Shown here: piece by piece, positions 1 through 11,119 of the stretch | How positions within the stretch are numbered: the first letter of the stretch is position 1 | Layout of the letters: each line of letters begins with the position of its first letter | Assembly: GCF_018350175.1 (NCBI RefSeq) | Contig: NC_058368.1 | Span: 188,358,001 to 188,422,000 of the forward strand | Reading direction: 5' to 3' | Source: Felis catus | Lineage: Eukaryota | DNA: 64,000 nt | The notes under the pieces: model-generated | Database searches by the model: none | Told to the model about the DNA's origin: nothing | What the model saw: the letters and a program-made list of their open reading frames with translations, nothing else | Made by a program: the position numbers and the translations under genes

Positions 1-998
1 CAGACAAGCTACAGACTGTTAATTTACCCTTGCCTCTGCCTTGCCCAAGGAAATTGAAAATAACTTTAATTTCCTAGTTGAGGGTTATGATGCTTTGTGT
101 GGTTCAGAGAAAAAGAATAATTATTGTTTGATGGAATTAGGGAATATGAGGAGGGTTTCTGAAGTTAGTGAAGTTACACAGTAATTGGTCACTTGTCCAC
201 ATATTTAGAAGTTGCTCCAGAAAACAGAGGTTTTGTCAACATCTGAGGTCTGTTTGAGACCTGGCCTCAATCTGTCAATTACTCCAGTAACCATATGCAT
301 AGACGTCAGCTCTGAATTTTGAATTCCATCAAAAGCTTTCAGCTGGCCTTGGAGACGCTATTGAGACCATTCTTGTAGTTACCTGTCTGACCACACAAAA
401 TGAAAGAAAAACTTCCTTTGGGGCCAATCAACCGTCTCTGGAAGGACAATAAACAAGGCTACTGTCAGAATTTCAGAGGCCTGAGCCTGAGAATCCAGAA
501 GAAAAGGAGGAGTAGAGAAGTCTTTGTTGGTAGCTGAGACCACCTGTAGGAATTTAATGGAAGTTTGGGCATTTGGACTTGCTCAGTGCAGTCCTAGGAT
601 GAGCCTGTGTGATGGGACTGGAGGAGGCAGAACAAATTGTTATTTCTCAGGGAGGAAAAAACAAACAGTAATTTTTGGCAGCTTGGATTTTTTGTTGTTG
701 TTGTTGCTGTTCTGTCTTTGAAAGTTGTTTTTATTGTAAACATACATAAAGCTAGCAATAGAATAGTCAACAAGAATTTATTGTATACCTACTGTGTGAT
801 ACAAACTGGGTTCCACATGTCAGTGAACATAAAAGAAATAGCCTACATGCACACAAATGTCTGTGTATCTTGTCTTTTATTTTTACCTCGTTGTAATCAT
901 TACACGTATAAAAATGTTTTATTTTGACTCCACATTATTATGTCTCACACTTTCCCACGTTTCTGCATGGTCTTCTTGGTAAAAAGTTAATTCTGACA

Positions 999-1213
999 GA
1001 GGCGCCTGGGTGGCTCAGTCGGTAAGCATCCGACTTCGGCTCAGGCCATGATCTCATGGTTTGTGAGTTCAAGCCCCACATCGGGCTCTGTGTGGACAGC
1101 TCAGAGCCTGAAGCCTGTTTCTGATTCTGTGTCTCTCTCTCTCTCTCTGTTCCTCCCCCACTCACACTCTGTCTCTCTCTCAAAAATAAACATTAAAAAA
1201 AATTTTTTTTAAT
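999..1213 (+). mobile_element. Can-SINE (felid SINEC)
   Basis: Head GAGGCGCCTGGGTGGCTCAGTCGG, B-box-like GAGTTCAAGCC, (CT)n region and A-tail; TSD TTAATTCTGACA at 987-998 and 1214-1225. Confidence 0.95.
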
Positions 1214-1537
1214 TTAATTCTGACAAGTGACCATTCCCCTTCTGTAGGATAAATTGCTGAGCTAGCAAACAGGATCAAGGAAAACATTTGTGTGGCATGT
1301 CACTTTTTTTCCTCCCATTGTAATTGTTTCCTGGGATAAATCCTCAGTGTGAGATTCTTCAGTCCCTGGAGAAGGCAAATGCAGTGGGTGTATACATACA
1401 CCATGCTTCATTTCTAGGACACTGGAATGCTTCACTGTATCAGATGTACCACTGTTTCTGGGTGCCATCACTGCCTCAGAATCCTTCTTAACACAATACT
1501 CCAAGCAGCCTCTACCATTCAGCCTTGGAGATACAAC

Positions 1538-1568
1538 GGGGGGGGGTGGGGGGGGGTGGGGGGTGGGG
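1538..1568 (+). repeat. G-rich run, potential G-quadruplex
   Basis: Four G tracts of at least 4 G separated by single T. Confidence 0.8.
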
Positions 1569-2170
1569 CGTTGCCACTTTCATTAGCTTCCCCTTCCTAA
1601 GAAATTAGCAGATTTTCCTTTTAGCTGACCCAATCTTCCCTGTGGTTTCTCACTCACTTTGTGTTTCTAAATATTCAATCCTCCCCCTTCCTATCCATGG
1701 TGTTCCATCAGAGCTCACTGTACCATGATGCAACCTGCCTGGATGCAATGAATTTCACCAGAGCTTAAACAAAAGCACTAAATTTCCTTTAGCTAAAGTG
1801 TCGGCCTTCCTGACAGTTCAATGACCACCAACAAGGGAAAAGAAACTTCCCAAAGCAATGAGGAAGAGGTCCTGATATCTTTGTTATTTTAGTTAGAGAA
1901 AATAAGTTTAAAGCAAGAGGCCACCAAGGGTCAGTATCCTGGCCCCGCCCCAACCAGGCACCATCTGCTGACCTCCACAAAGGAAAAGATGTGACTGGCC
2001 CGTGCAGTCATTTCTCCAGGAGTGTCAAGGTCTGGCCGATGCCTTTAACAGCTTCCTCTCCATCCACACCGAAAGCCCCCAGCACTCTAAAAAATTTTAC
2101 TCCAGAGTCTCTCCAAGTTCTGCTTCTTTTCACTCCAAACCCTATTGCTCATTTTTTCTGATTTGTCCAG

Positions 2171-2560
2171 TGTAGGGGACATCTGCTACTTTGCTTTACC
2201 TAGTATCTCTCTCCTCTGGTTCACCGGATAACAGCCTCCATCTAGGGCATTATGCTTCTCATGTGAGGGTGGTAGGACTGCCAATTCCAGTTGCCTGCCC
2301 ATCCCTCTGAAACAATTAGTATATGGCCCATCCTCAGTCCCCTGGCTAGAGAAATTGGTTCCAAGTTGACCGAGAGACCCAAGATAGAGTGATCACAGTC
2401 TTTTCCAGAGTCCTAAGTCTTCTGAAATAGGTTGGGAGGGTTCTGCTTTCCTCCCAAGGTGGCTAGGCGCGATTACAATGAGCTTGGATTGACTGTGGCC
2501 ACGCCCCCTATGCCTTCTGCCCCAGGGTGGAAGATCAGCCACAAGAGAAGAGAAGGAAGC
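2171..2560 (+). mobile_element. degenerate ERVL-type LTR (LTR16-like)
   Basis: Begins TGTAGGGGACATCTGC; only weak resemblance to recalled LTR16-family motifs. Confidence 0.35.
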
Positions 2561-2694
2561 CTTCCTAAACAGATGGGGGGGCTACAGTGGGTGGGTCCTA
2601 CTGGCAAATCGGAGTCTCTGAATTTAGTATGGGCAAGCGCAGGGGAAATAGTCTAAAGAATCTTTTGATTCTTCTAAAAGAATAATCTTTTCTT

Positions 2695-2921
2695 CTTTCA
2701 TTTATTTTTTTAAGATTTTTCTTTAAGTTTATTTATTTATTTTGAGAGAAAGGGAGAGAGAGCAGGGGAGGAGCAGAGAGAGAGGGAGAGAAAATCTCTT
2801 GCAGGCTCCGAGCTGTCAAGCGCAGAGCCCTACGTGGGGCTCGAACTCACGAACGTGAGATCATGACCTGAGCCAAAACCAAGAGTCGGATGCTTAACTG
2901 ACTGCGCCACCCAGGCACCCC
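2695..2921 (-). mobile_element. Can-SINE
   Basis: Reverse head ending ...GCCACCCAGGCACCCC, (GA)n and T-tail; degenerate TSD at 2678-2694 and 2922-2938. Confidence 0.93.
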
Positions 2922-4061
2922 ATGAAGAATCCTTTCTTCATTTAGAAGAATCTAAAGACTTCTTCATCCCAAAGTACCCAGAGCCCGTCTTCACCCCGCT
3001 AACAAAAGTGGGGCTGGTATGACCATTCTCAGAAAGAACTGGGTCACTGATATAGGTTTATTAACCAGATGGTCTGAGGTACAGCCAGCTGGTCTACTCA
3101 ATGCTTGAAAGGCTGGCTTCTTAACAGAGGCCTGGACTGAGTGGGGCAGCTCCAACCTTGTTTTTCACAGGTACACAAGGGCACACTTGTTAGGAGTTCA
3201 CAAATGTGATCATCCCAAATTTTAGGAATATCCCCTAAGGACCCCTAAATTCTTGTCAATAAACCTCCTTCCCTTAAGAAGGCAGTCTCTCTGGGATACT
3301 CGAGTTTTGACGGAGAGGAAACGTGATTGATGAGGACATTAACTGATCAGCCAAAAAATGTGTGCTCACTGCCCCCAAACGTCTCAAGCACAGCTCTCTG
3401 CAAACACAGTTCCCACACCTCAGTGTCTTTCCTCCTTTCCCCCACGGATTCTAGGGACATCTGAGTTTTTTCAATTGTGCCACCTGCATCCAAAATCCAT
3501 GCGTGGGTGCAGGCCGGCTGCAGGGTGATTTATTGACAAGGATGGTAGGTTGAGGGTCTCCCCATTTGGTATAGGACTTTTGGGTATGATTCAGTTGTTA
3601 TTCAAGTGTACCTGGAAGCTTTATTGAGATTTATTTTTTCCTTTTGTCAGTAATCCCTCAGAAGGCCCACGTTTTATGAGGTAGTTTTAGTTAAGGAATG
3701 GAACTGAAAGGCTTCTGAATCATGCCATTTATTTATATTCAACTTCAATGACAATTACTAATTCATCCCAAAGTTCCAGCCAACACGCAACCAGAGTGAT
3801 GACAAGTAACTGTGCTCCATGGCCGTGCCACGCCATGTGTGTTAGCCACGTCAGGAAATGTTTTAATTACAAAATCTCGGATGGGCTCTGCCCTGGACCC
3901 AGGCCATAGATGGAGGTAGGTGACTCTAAGAACCCCGTCCTCCATGAAGCATTCTCTGAGCTTCTTTCCCTTCTGAGCTTCTCATTAGCTTCTGATCATT
4001 TGTTGCATCTCATTAATAAGCATTTACTGAGGGCCAGACACCAACCAAGTACCAGACATTC

Positions 4062-5188
4062 TTTTTTTTTTAAGTTTTTATTTTAATTCCAGCTAGTTAA
4101 CATACAATGTTATATTAGTTTTAGGCATCTGATTAATTCATTCCTACACCCACCTCCCCTCTATAACCATCAGTTTGTTCTCTATGGTTAAGGGTCTGAT
4201 TCTTCATTTTCCCTCTCTCTTTTTACCCTTTTTCTGGTTTGTTTCTGAAAGTCCACATATGAATAAAATCATACGGTATTTGTTTTTCTTGGACTGATTT
4301 AATTCATTTAGCATTATGCTCTCTAGCTCCATCCATGTCATTGCAAACAGCCAGATTTCATTCTTTCTTTAAATTTTTGTTAATGTTTTTATTTATTTTT
4401 GAGACAGAGAGAGACAGAGCATGAGCAGGGGTAGAGGCAGAGAGAGAGGGAGACACAGAATCCGAAGCAGGTTCCAAGCTCAGAGCTGTCAGCACAGAGC
4501 CCCACGCGGGGCTCGAACTCACAGACTGTGAGATCATGACCTGAGCTGAAGTCCGACGCTTAACCGACTGAGCCACCCAGGTGCCCCATGATTTCATTCT
4601 TTTTGATGGCTGAGTAATATTCCATCATGTATAAATACCACATCTTCTTTATCCATTCATCATATATGGACATTTCGACTCTTTCCATAATTTGGCCATT
4701 GTAAATAATGTTGCTATAAACATTGGAGGTGCATGTATCCCTTTGAATTAGTAGTTCTGTATTCTCTGGGTAAATACCTAGTAGTGCAATTGCTGAATCA
4801 TAGGGTAGTTCTATTTTTAACTTTTTCAGGAAGCTCCATACGGTTTTCCAGAGTGGCTGCATCAGTTTGCATTCCCACCGACAGTGCAAGAGCGTTCCCC
4901 TTTCTCCACATCCTCACTAACACCTGTTATTTCTTGTGTTGTTGATTTTAACCCTTCTAACAGGTGTGAAATGATATCTCATTGTAGTTTTGGTCTGTAT
5001 TTCTCAGATGATCAGCAATGTTGAACATCTTTCCTTTTGTCTATTGGCCATCATGTCATCTTTGGGGGGAAAATCTGTTCATGTCTTCTGCTCATTTTTA
5101 ATTGGATTATTCATTTTTTGGGTGTTGAGTTTTATAAGTTTTTTATATATTTTGGATACTAACCCTTTATCAGATGTGTCATTTGCAA
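4062..5188 (-). mobile_element. 5'-truncated carnivore L1 (ORF2 C-terminus plus 3' UTR)
   Basis: Poly-T at 4062; translations [57 protein letters not shown] and DKGLVSKIYKKL are L1 ORF2 C-terminal motifs; TSD-like CAAGTACCAGAC / CAAGTGCCAGTC. Confidence 0.93.
4367..4587 (-). mobile_element. Can-SINE inserted in L1
   Basis: Full reverse SINE; TSD GATTTCATTCTTT at 4354-4366 and 4590-4602. Confidence 0.95.
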
Positions 5189-5587
5189 TTGCAAGTGCCA
5201 GTCTGTTAGGTATTGTAGGGAATCCTTTTTCCTTTCTCTTCCTGGAAGTACATACTTTTATCCCTCTCTCCACCTCTTGCCCACCCCTCCACATGGGAAG
5301 AGGAGAAGGTAATATGACTGATGACCCGTTGACTTTTTACTGTTAACAGTGTTACCCCTAATGGTCCTGCTGGCTCATCGCTGGCTGGATGGGTAAGGCA
5401 AGCCTGCCATCCTTGCCCATGTCTCTGGTTGGGCAAAAGCCCATGAACTTGGGTTCTGCTGCCTGTCTCCCTCTCCCTGTAGGCACATCTGAGAATGTGG
5501 GTCCCAAGACAGGGAGAAGTTCTACGGTGCAGGACAGAGCACACAATGAGGAATTCCCTCTGGTCAAATAGGAAGCAGAGTTAAGAA

Positions 5588-5591
<4 letters not shown>

Positions 5592-5629
<38 letters not shown>

Positions 5630-5668
5630 AATATATATGTTATATAATATATATAGCTATTAGAAATT

Positions 5669-5711
<43 letters not shown>
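5592..5711. repeat. adjacent (TA)n and (CA)n microsatellites
   Basis: (TA)n from 5592, degenerate to about 5655; (AC)n at 5673-5711. Confidence 0.95.
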
Positions 5712-5714
<3 letters not shown>

Positions 5715-5777
5715 CCTTCTACTTTCTGTGAAATTTCTGTGAATTTTCCTATCAGTATCTCACTCTCTTTTTTCCTG

Positions 5778-5975
5778 GTTTTATGGAGATATCATTGCCA
5801 TGGCACTATATAAGTTAAGGTGTACAGCATAATGATTTGGCTTGCATATATTGTGAAACAATAACAACAATCAGTTTAGTTAACATCCTGCATTCCACCT
5901 AAAAGCAAAAAGTAAGGTGGGGCGGGGGGCAGACATTTTTTCCTTGTGATGAAAACTCTTAGGATCTACTCTCTC

Positions 5976-6006
<31 letters not shown>

Positions 6007-6390
6007 TTTTTGGGACAGAGAGAGACAGAGCATGAATGGGGGAGGGGCAGAGGGGCAGAGAGAGAGGGAGACACAGAATCGGAAACAGGCTCCAGGCTCC
6101 GAGCCATCAGCCCAGAGCCTGACGCGGGGCTCGAACTCCCGGACCGCGAGATGGTGACCTGGCTGAAGTCGGACGCTTAACCGACTGCGCCACCCAGGCG
6201 CCCCAGGATCTACTCTCTTAACATTCTTATCACCATAGAGGAGGGTCGACTATAGTCATCATGTACATCGTATCCCTAGTACTTATTTATCATATAACTG
6301 GAAGTTTGTACCTTTGGACCCCCCTTCCTCCTGTTCCCCTCCCTTCACCCCCTACTCTGGTAACCACATGTCTAATCTCTTTTTCTAGGA
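5778..6390 (-). mobile_element. old L1 3' UTR fragment (L1MA-like), split by a SINE
   Basis: Reverse L1 3'-end motifs AAGGTGTACAGCATAATGATTTG and ATAACTGGAAGTTTGTACCTTTG...TCTGGTAACCAC. Confidence 0.75.
5976..6204 (-). mobile_element. young felid Can-SINE
   Basis: CpG-rich, long pure T-tail, perfect 14-bp TSD AGGATCTACTCTCT at 5961-5974 and 6205-6218. Confidence 0.97.
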
Positions 6391-6399
6391 GTAGCTCAT

Positions 6400-6433
<34 letters not shown>

Positions 6434-6604
6434 AGAAAGAGCGAGCACAAGCACATGTGCACTTGCATGAGTGGGGGAGGGCCAGGGGGAGAGAGAGAGA
6501 ATCTTAGACAGGTTCCACATGGAGCCTGACCCCACCACCCTGGGATCATGACCTGAGCCAAAATCAAGTCAGTCACTTACCCAACAGAGTCACCCAGGGA
6601 CCCC
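6400..6604 (-). mobile_element. Can-SINE (older subfamily)
   Basis: Reverse SINE with long T-tail; TSD AGGAGTAGCTCA at 6387-6398 and 6605-6616. Confidence 0.92.
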
Positions 6605-8125
6605 AGGAGTAGCTCACACTTAATGTTACATTGTTGCTATTTAATCTTCAGAAATCATCTCTTAAATTGCAAATATGTCTGGGAGAAGTCATAATTTATT
6701 AAGCCCTCATCTATCAATAACTGAGTAGGAGACTGGACAAATGATAGCCAATGGTGAACCAGCTGAAGACAAAGCCCAGAGCCAGTGGATCCCCACGCGC
6801 TCTCCCACATATAGGTAATGCTGTTTCTCTCATACAGAGTTGCAGTTATGACTAATAAAACATAAATGCATTTAGAAGTATCACCACACCCTCTCTAATG
6901 TGGAAAAAATATCCGAGACACAAGTGAAAAAGAGAGAGTGGAAGACAATTTGCATAAGGGAAGATAACTATCCAATCATGGAAAAATAAAAAATATACAT
7001 TTGTGTTAGAGTACACATAGAAAATGAAGACCAAAAGAATATTCACCAAGCTATTTACAATTAATATGCAGAAGGCGAAATACGAAAATGCCCTTTTTTT
7101 CCCTTTGTTAAATTTAAGTTTAATTTTATCAGAATAATTTGTATAAAAAATTTAAAAGTCAAATAGTTCCACAGGGCTTATACCAGGAAAACAAGCACTC
7201 TCTTTCTCACACTCTTTGTAGCCCTCATTGCCTCCCTGGGGCCAATGACGTTCAGCTCTTCAGGCTGTTTCTCCTGGTATTTACTTCGATATATTAAAAT
7301 AATGTTCATAAGCCAGTACTTCCTGAATGTTCCTTTTTATACATTATTTATTGACTTCCCACTGTGGCCTTGACCTTCTCGCACTGTTCCCCATATACTC
7401 TTTCTCTTCCTCCGCTCTCCTAACATATTTATATCATTATCTAGCACTTACAATACTGTACCTGAGTAGGTGTTGCTCACAGAGGTGACCACACCCTGAC
7501 CACACCATATCATTTTCTTTCCTGTACAACTCTTCGGTCTTCCCGGAGTTGTCTTGTCTTGTTTTTGTTATGGTTGTGACTAACATTATTGTCTTAGTTT
7601 TCTATGTGCCTGTCACTAATTTATCCCCAAGTGTCCCCATGGAACTCTAAGAATTTCTCTCAGTATACCCACATCCATTAGCTATCTCTCAGAGACATTT
7701 TTGTTTAGGGACATCCATCACGGAGACTTCCATCCTTTTGTGCCAACCTGTACTGTATACTCTTGAGACCTGCTAAGCAGCTGTCATTTGAAAATGTCTT
7801 CCACCATCTGCCTGGGAATTCCCTTCAGTCCTCTCCTGTGTTGGATCCTCTATTTCTTATATCTTATGAATTTTCTGTCTTGTTTTACTTTCAATACGGC
7901 AGAACACAAACTAAAAATGATTACTATGGGATATAACATTCTCAAGATCTTATATATCTGAAAGTGCCATTTTTAAATTCTCACACTTGGTTCATAGTTT
8001 GTCTGTGAAGCCAAATGTAGAATGGATTTCATTTTCCTTCAGCAACATAAAGGCACTTCTTTACTGACTTCCGGTTTCCAGTGTAGCTGTTAAGGAGCCC
8101 CATGCCATTCTGAGTTCCCTTCTTT

Positions 8126-8348
8126 CTTTTTTCTTTTCTTTTCTTTTCTTTTCTTTTTTAATTTGAGGGAGAGAGAGAGAGAGAGAGAGAGAAAGCAAAT
8201 GGGGGAGAAGGGCAGAGGAAGAGAGAGAAAAATTTAAGTAGGCTCAGCGTGGAGCCTGACTTGGGTCTTGATCCCATGACCCTGGGATCATGACCTGAGC
8301 CGAAATCAAGAGTCAGGCCCTTAACGGACTGAGCCATCCAGGCGCCCC
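8126..8348 (-). mobile_element. Can-SINE
   Basis: Reverse head ...CATCCAGGCGCCCC; TSD TGA(G/T)TTCCCTTCTTT on both sides. Confidence 0.92.
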
Positions 8349-9237
8349 TGATTTCCCTTCTTTGTATATGACCTGTTCTCCCTGGAAGCTTTCAGATTTG
8401 TCTCTGGCATTCTGGAATTTAACAATGATGTGCTTTGTGAGGGTCCTTTTAATGTCATTGTTGTGAGCACTTGGGTGGTCACTTTGCATCTAGACACTCG
8501 GGTCCTTCAATTACAGGCAGTATTATTACCTTGATATTCTCTTCTTCTTTAGTTTATTCCCTTTTTCTGAACTCCTATTAACTGAAGGTTGGACCTCCTG
8601 GATAAATCTTCTATTTTTCTCTCTACTTTCTCTCTTTTCTCTCTTCTTTCTACCCACTGGCAGGGAGATTTCCTCTATTTTAACAGAGTCTTTTACTGAA
8701 ACTTTTATTCCTGTTACCCTATTTGTAACTATCAAAACCATGAGTGCTTTTTTACAATGTTCTGTTCTTATCTCTTAGATATAATGTCTTAGTTCTCTGG
8801 AGCTAATACTAATCTATTTTTTAAACCTTCCTTTTTACCACTGCACTGTCTTTGTCTCCTCCATTTTTGTTTCCCTTGCTAATTTACTTTGGTATCTGTA
8901 TTTCAAGTTAGAAGCTATCTTCAGCGTTTAGCTATACTGAGGGGAGGCTCTTATGGCATGTTTGCATCCCCTTTAGAATTCATATGTTGAAACGCTAATG
9001 CCTGGTGTGCTAGTATTAGGAGATGGGGCTTTGGAGGGTGATCATGAAGGTGGAGCCCTCATGCATAAGGTTAATGCTCTTCTGAAAGAGACCCACAGAA
9101 CTCCCTGGCTCCTTCCACCATATGAGGACACAAAGAAAAGGCACTGCAATGAACCCAGAAGACAGCCTTCACCCAACCATGCTAAAACCATGATCTTGGA
9201 ATTCCCAGCCTCCAGAACTTCAAAAATAAATTTGTTA

Positions 9238-9417
9238 GGACCACCTGGGTGGCTCAGTTGGTTGAGCATCTGGCTTCAGCTCAGGGCATGACCTCGAGGT
9301 TTGTGAGTTCGAGCCCCACATCTGGCTCTCTGCTATCAGCCAGAGCCTGCTTTGGATCCTCCCTCTCTCTGGCCCTCCCCCAGTCTTTCTCTATCTCTCA
9401 AGAATAAATAAACATTT
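9238..9417 (+). mobile_element. Can-SINE 1 of nested cluster
   Basis: Head GGACCACCTGGGTGGCTCAGTTGG; outer TSD AAAAATAAATTTGTT at 9222-9236 and 10157-10171. Confidence 0.92.
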
Positions 9418-9635
9418 GGGGCGCCTGGATGGCTCAGTCGGTTAAGCAGCCGACTCGGCTCAGGTCATGATCTCGCGGTCCTTGAATTCGAGCCCTGAGT
9501 CGGGCTCTGTGCTGACAGCTCAGAGCCTGGAGCCTGTTTCAGATTCTGTGTCTCCCTCTCTCTGACCCTCCCCCGTTCATGCTCAGTCTCTCTCTGTCTC
9601 AAAAATAAATAAACGTTAAAAAAAAATTTTTTTTA
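9418..9635 (+). mobile_element. Can-SINE 2 of nested cluster
   Basis: Full SINE; TSD AAGAATAAATAAA(C/T)ATTT at 9400-9417 and 9636-9653. Confidence 0.95.
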
Positions 9636-9670
9636 AAGAATAAATAAATATTTAAAAATAAAATAAAATA

Positions 9671-9890
9671 GGGCGCCTGGGTGGCTCAGTCGGTTAGGGG
9701 TCCAACTTCAGCTCAGGTCATGATCTCACGGTTCGTGGGTTCAAGCCCCAAATCAGGTTCTGTGCTGACTGCTCGGAGCCTGAAGTCTGCTTCTGATTCT
9801 GTGTCTCCTTCTCTCTCCCTGCCCCTCCCCTGATTGCACTCTGTCTGTCTGTCTCTCTCTCTCAAAAATAAACATTAAAATCAATCAATC
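9671..9890 (+). mobile_element. Can-SINE 3 of nested cluster
   Basis: Head GGGCGCCTGGGTGGCTCAGTCGG, CT region and A-rich tail. Confidence 0.95.
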
Positions 9891-9891
9891 A

Positions 9892-10072
9892 GGGGCTCCC
9901 GGGTGGCTCAGTCGGTTAAGCGTCCGACTTCAGCTCAGGTCATGATCTGGCAGTAAGTTTGAACTCCACGTCGGGCTCTGTGCTGACCGCTCAGAGCCTG
10001 AAGCCTGCTTTGGATTCTGTGTCTCCCTCTCTCTCTGCCCTTCCCCTGCTCGTGCTCTGTCTCTCTCTGTCT

Positions 10073-10110
<38 letters not shown>

Positions 10111-10118
10111 AAAAAAAA
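9892..10118 (+). mobile_element. Can-SINE 4 of nested cluster
   Basis: Full SINE with long pure A-tail; TSD TAAAATCAATC(A/T)ATC at 9876-9890 and 10119-10133. Confidence 0.95.
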
Positions 10119-10941
10119 TAAAATCAATCTATCCATCAATTAATTAATTAAATAATAAAAATAAATTTGTTGTTTATAAGTCACCCAGTCTATGATATTT
10201 TGTTATACCCACCAGAACAGACTAAGATATAGGTTTGGCTATTCCCCCACTTACAAGGGAAGCACTCACCAAGACTGACTCACCCACTCCTCTGGGGATT
10301 TCCAAAGCACAGTACTTACAGGATTTTCTCTTGTGTTGATCCAGTTCCCCTGAGAACAACCATCCAACCTACCTGTATAGAAGTGTGAGGCCGACTGCTG
10401 CATTCTGGGAACTGAGCGGTGGAAAGAAGCAGGGGCCCCACACATTTGACATAGAACCTTTTTCTTAATCCCTGGCTCACCACCCCTGTGCTCATCTGTG
10501 TCTCAAACCCGGAACCTCTCAGGTTCAACCTCTCCAGAGAAGACACATTGTATCCTCAGCTGGGATGTGGAAGGCAGAATGGCCCAGATGTTCAGTCTGG
10601 GGAAGGAGCCCTGAGGGTCTAACTGCTCCTTAATTAGACTTAAAACGTACCCTGTGTTGGGCCCACCTGCACCCTGGCTTGCCAGAGAGCCCGCTGCTCC
10701 AATCCCTGAGCCCGGGGGGCTCCGGGGGCCAAGTCAACTTGCTCTTCCACTTACAGGCTCTTGGGTTGCAACTGCCCTCTTGAAAAAGGCCCTTATTATC
10801 ACTCCTACCTCTCATCTTCCATTCTCTCGACTTCTCTCATTTTCCCTTTGTTTTTATGGATTTTATCATCATCAATTAATTAGTATCATTTTAGCTGACT
10901 TTGGGGCAGAAATCCAGATTAACAGACCTATTCACTCTGCC

Positions 10942-11119
10942 TTTTTAAAAATTTTTATTTATTTTCAAGAGGCGGGGAGGGGCAGAGAGAGAGGCAGACA
11001 CAGAATCTGTAGCAGGCCCCAGGCTCTGAGCTGTCAGCACAGAGCCTGAGGCGGGGCTTGAACTTACATGACCTGAGCCAAAGTCAGACCCTCAAGGGAC
11101 TGAGCCCCCCAGGCGCCTC
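10942..11119 (-). mobile_element. Can-SINE (internally deleted)
   Basis: Reverse SINE; short TSD CACTCTG(C/T)C. Confidence 0.9.

Larger units (their letters stand above)
8950..10228 (+). mobile_element. MaLR solo LTR (MLT1A-like), split by a SINE cluster
   Basis: AATTCATATGTTGAAAC..TAAT..GGTGGAGCCCTCATG..CCAGCCTCCAGAACT, resuming at 10157 with AATAAATTTGTTGTTTATAAGTCACCCAGTCTATGATATTTTGTTATA..GACTAAGATA. Confidence 0.85.
7100..10940 (-). mobile_element. near full-length HAL1-like (ORF1-only L1 derivative), interrupted by SINEs and an MLT1 LTR
   Basis: Minus-strand translation of about 8564-8617 is KIEDLSRRSNLQLIGVQK, the L1 ORF1 RRxN..IGV motif; it runs into a 3' UTR-like segment with no room for ORF2; 10480-10940 resembles the recalled HAL1 5' region (GGGTCTAACTGCTCCTTAA..AGACT). 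Confidence 0.7.

Noticed and set aside
4560..4889. 109-aa ORF with protein-like sequence
   Set aside because: It is a frameshifted L1 ORF2 C-terminal remnant running into a SINE, not a host gene
9238..10118. Repeat-spacer-like array
   Set aside because: The units are about 200-bp Can-SINEs with individual TSDs; not CRISPR or satellite
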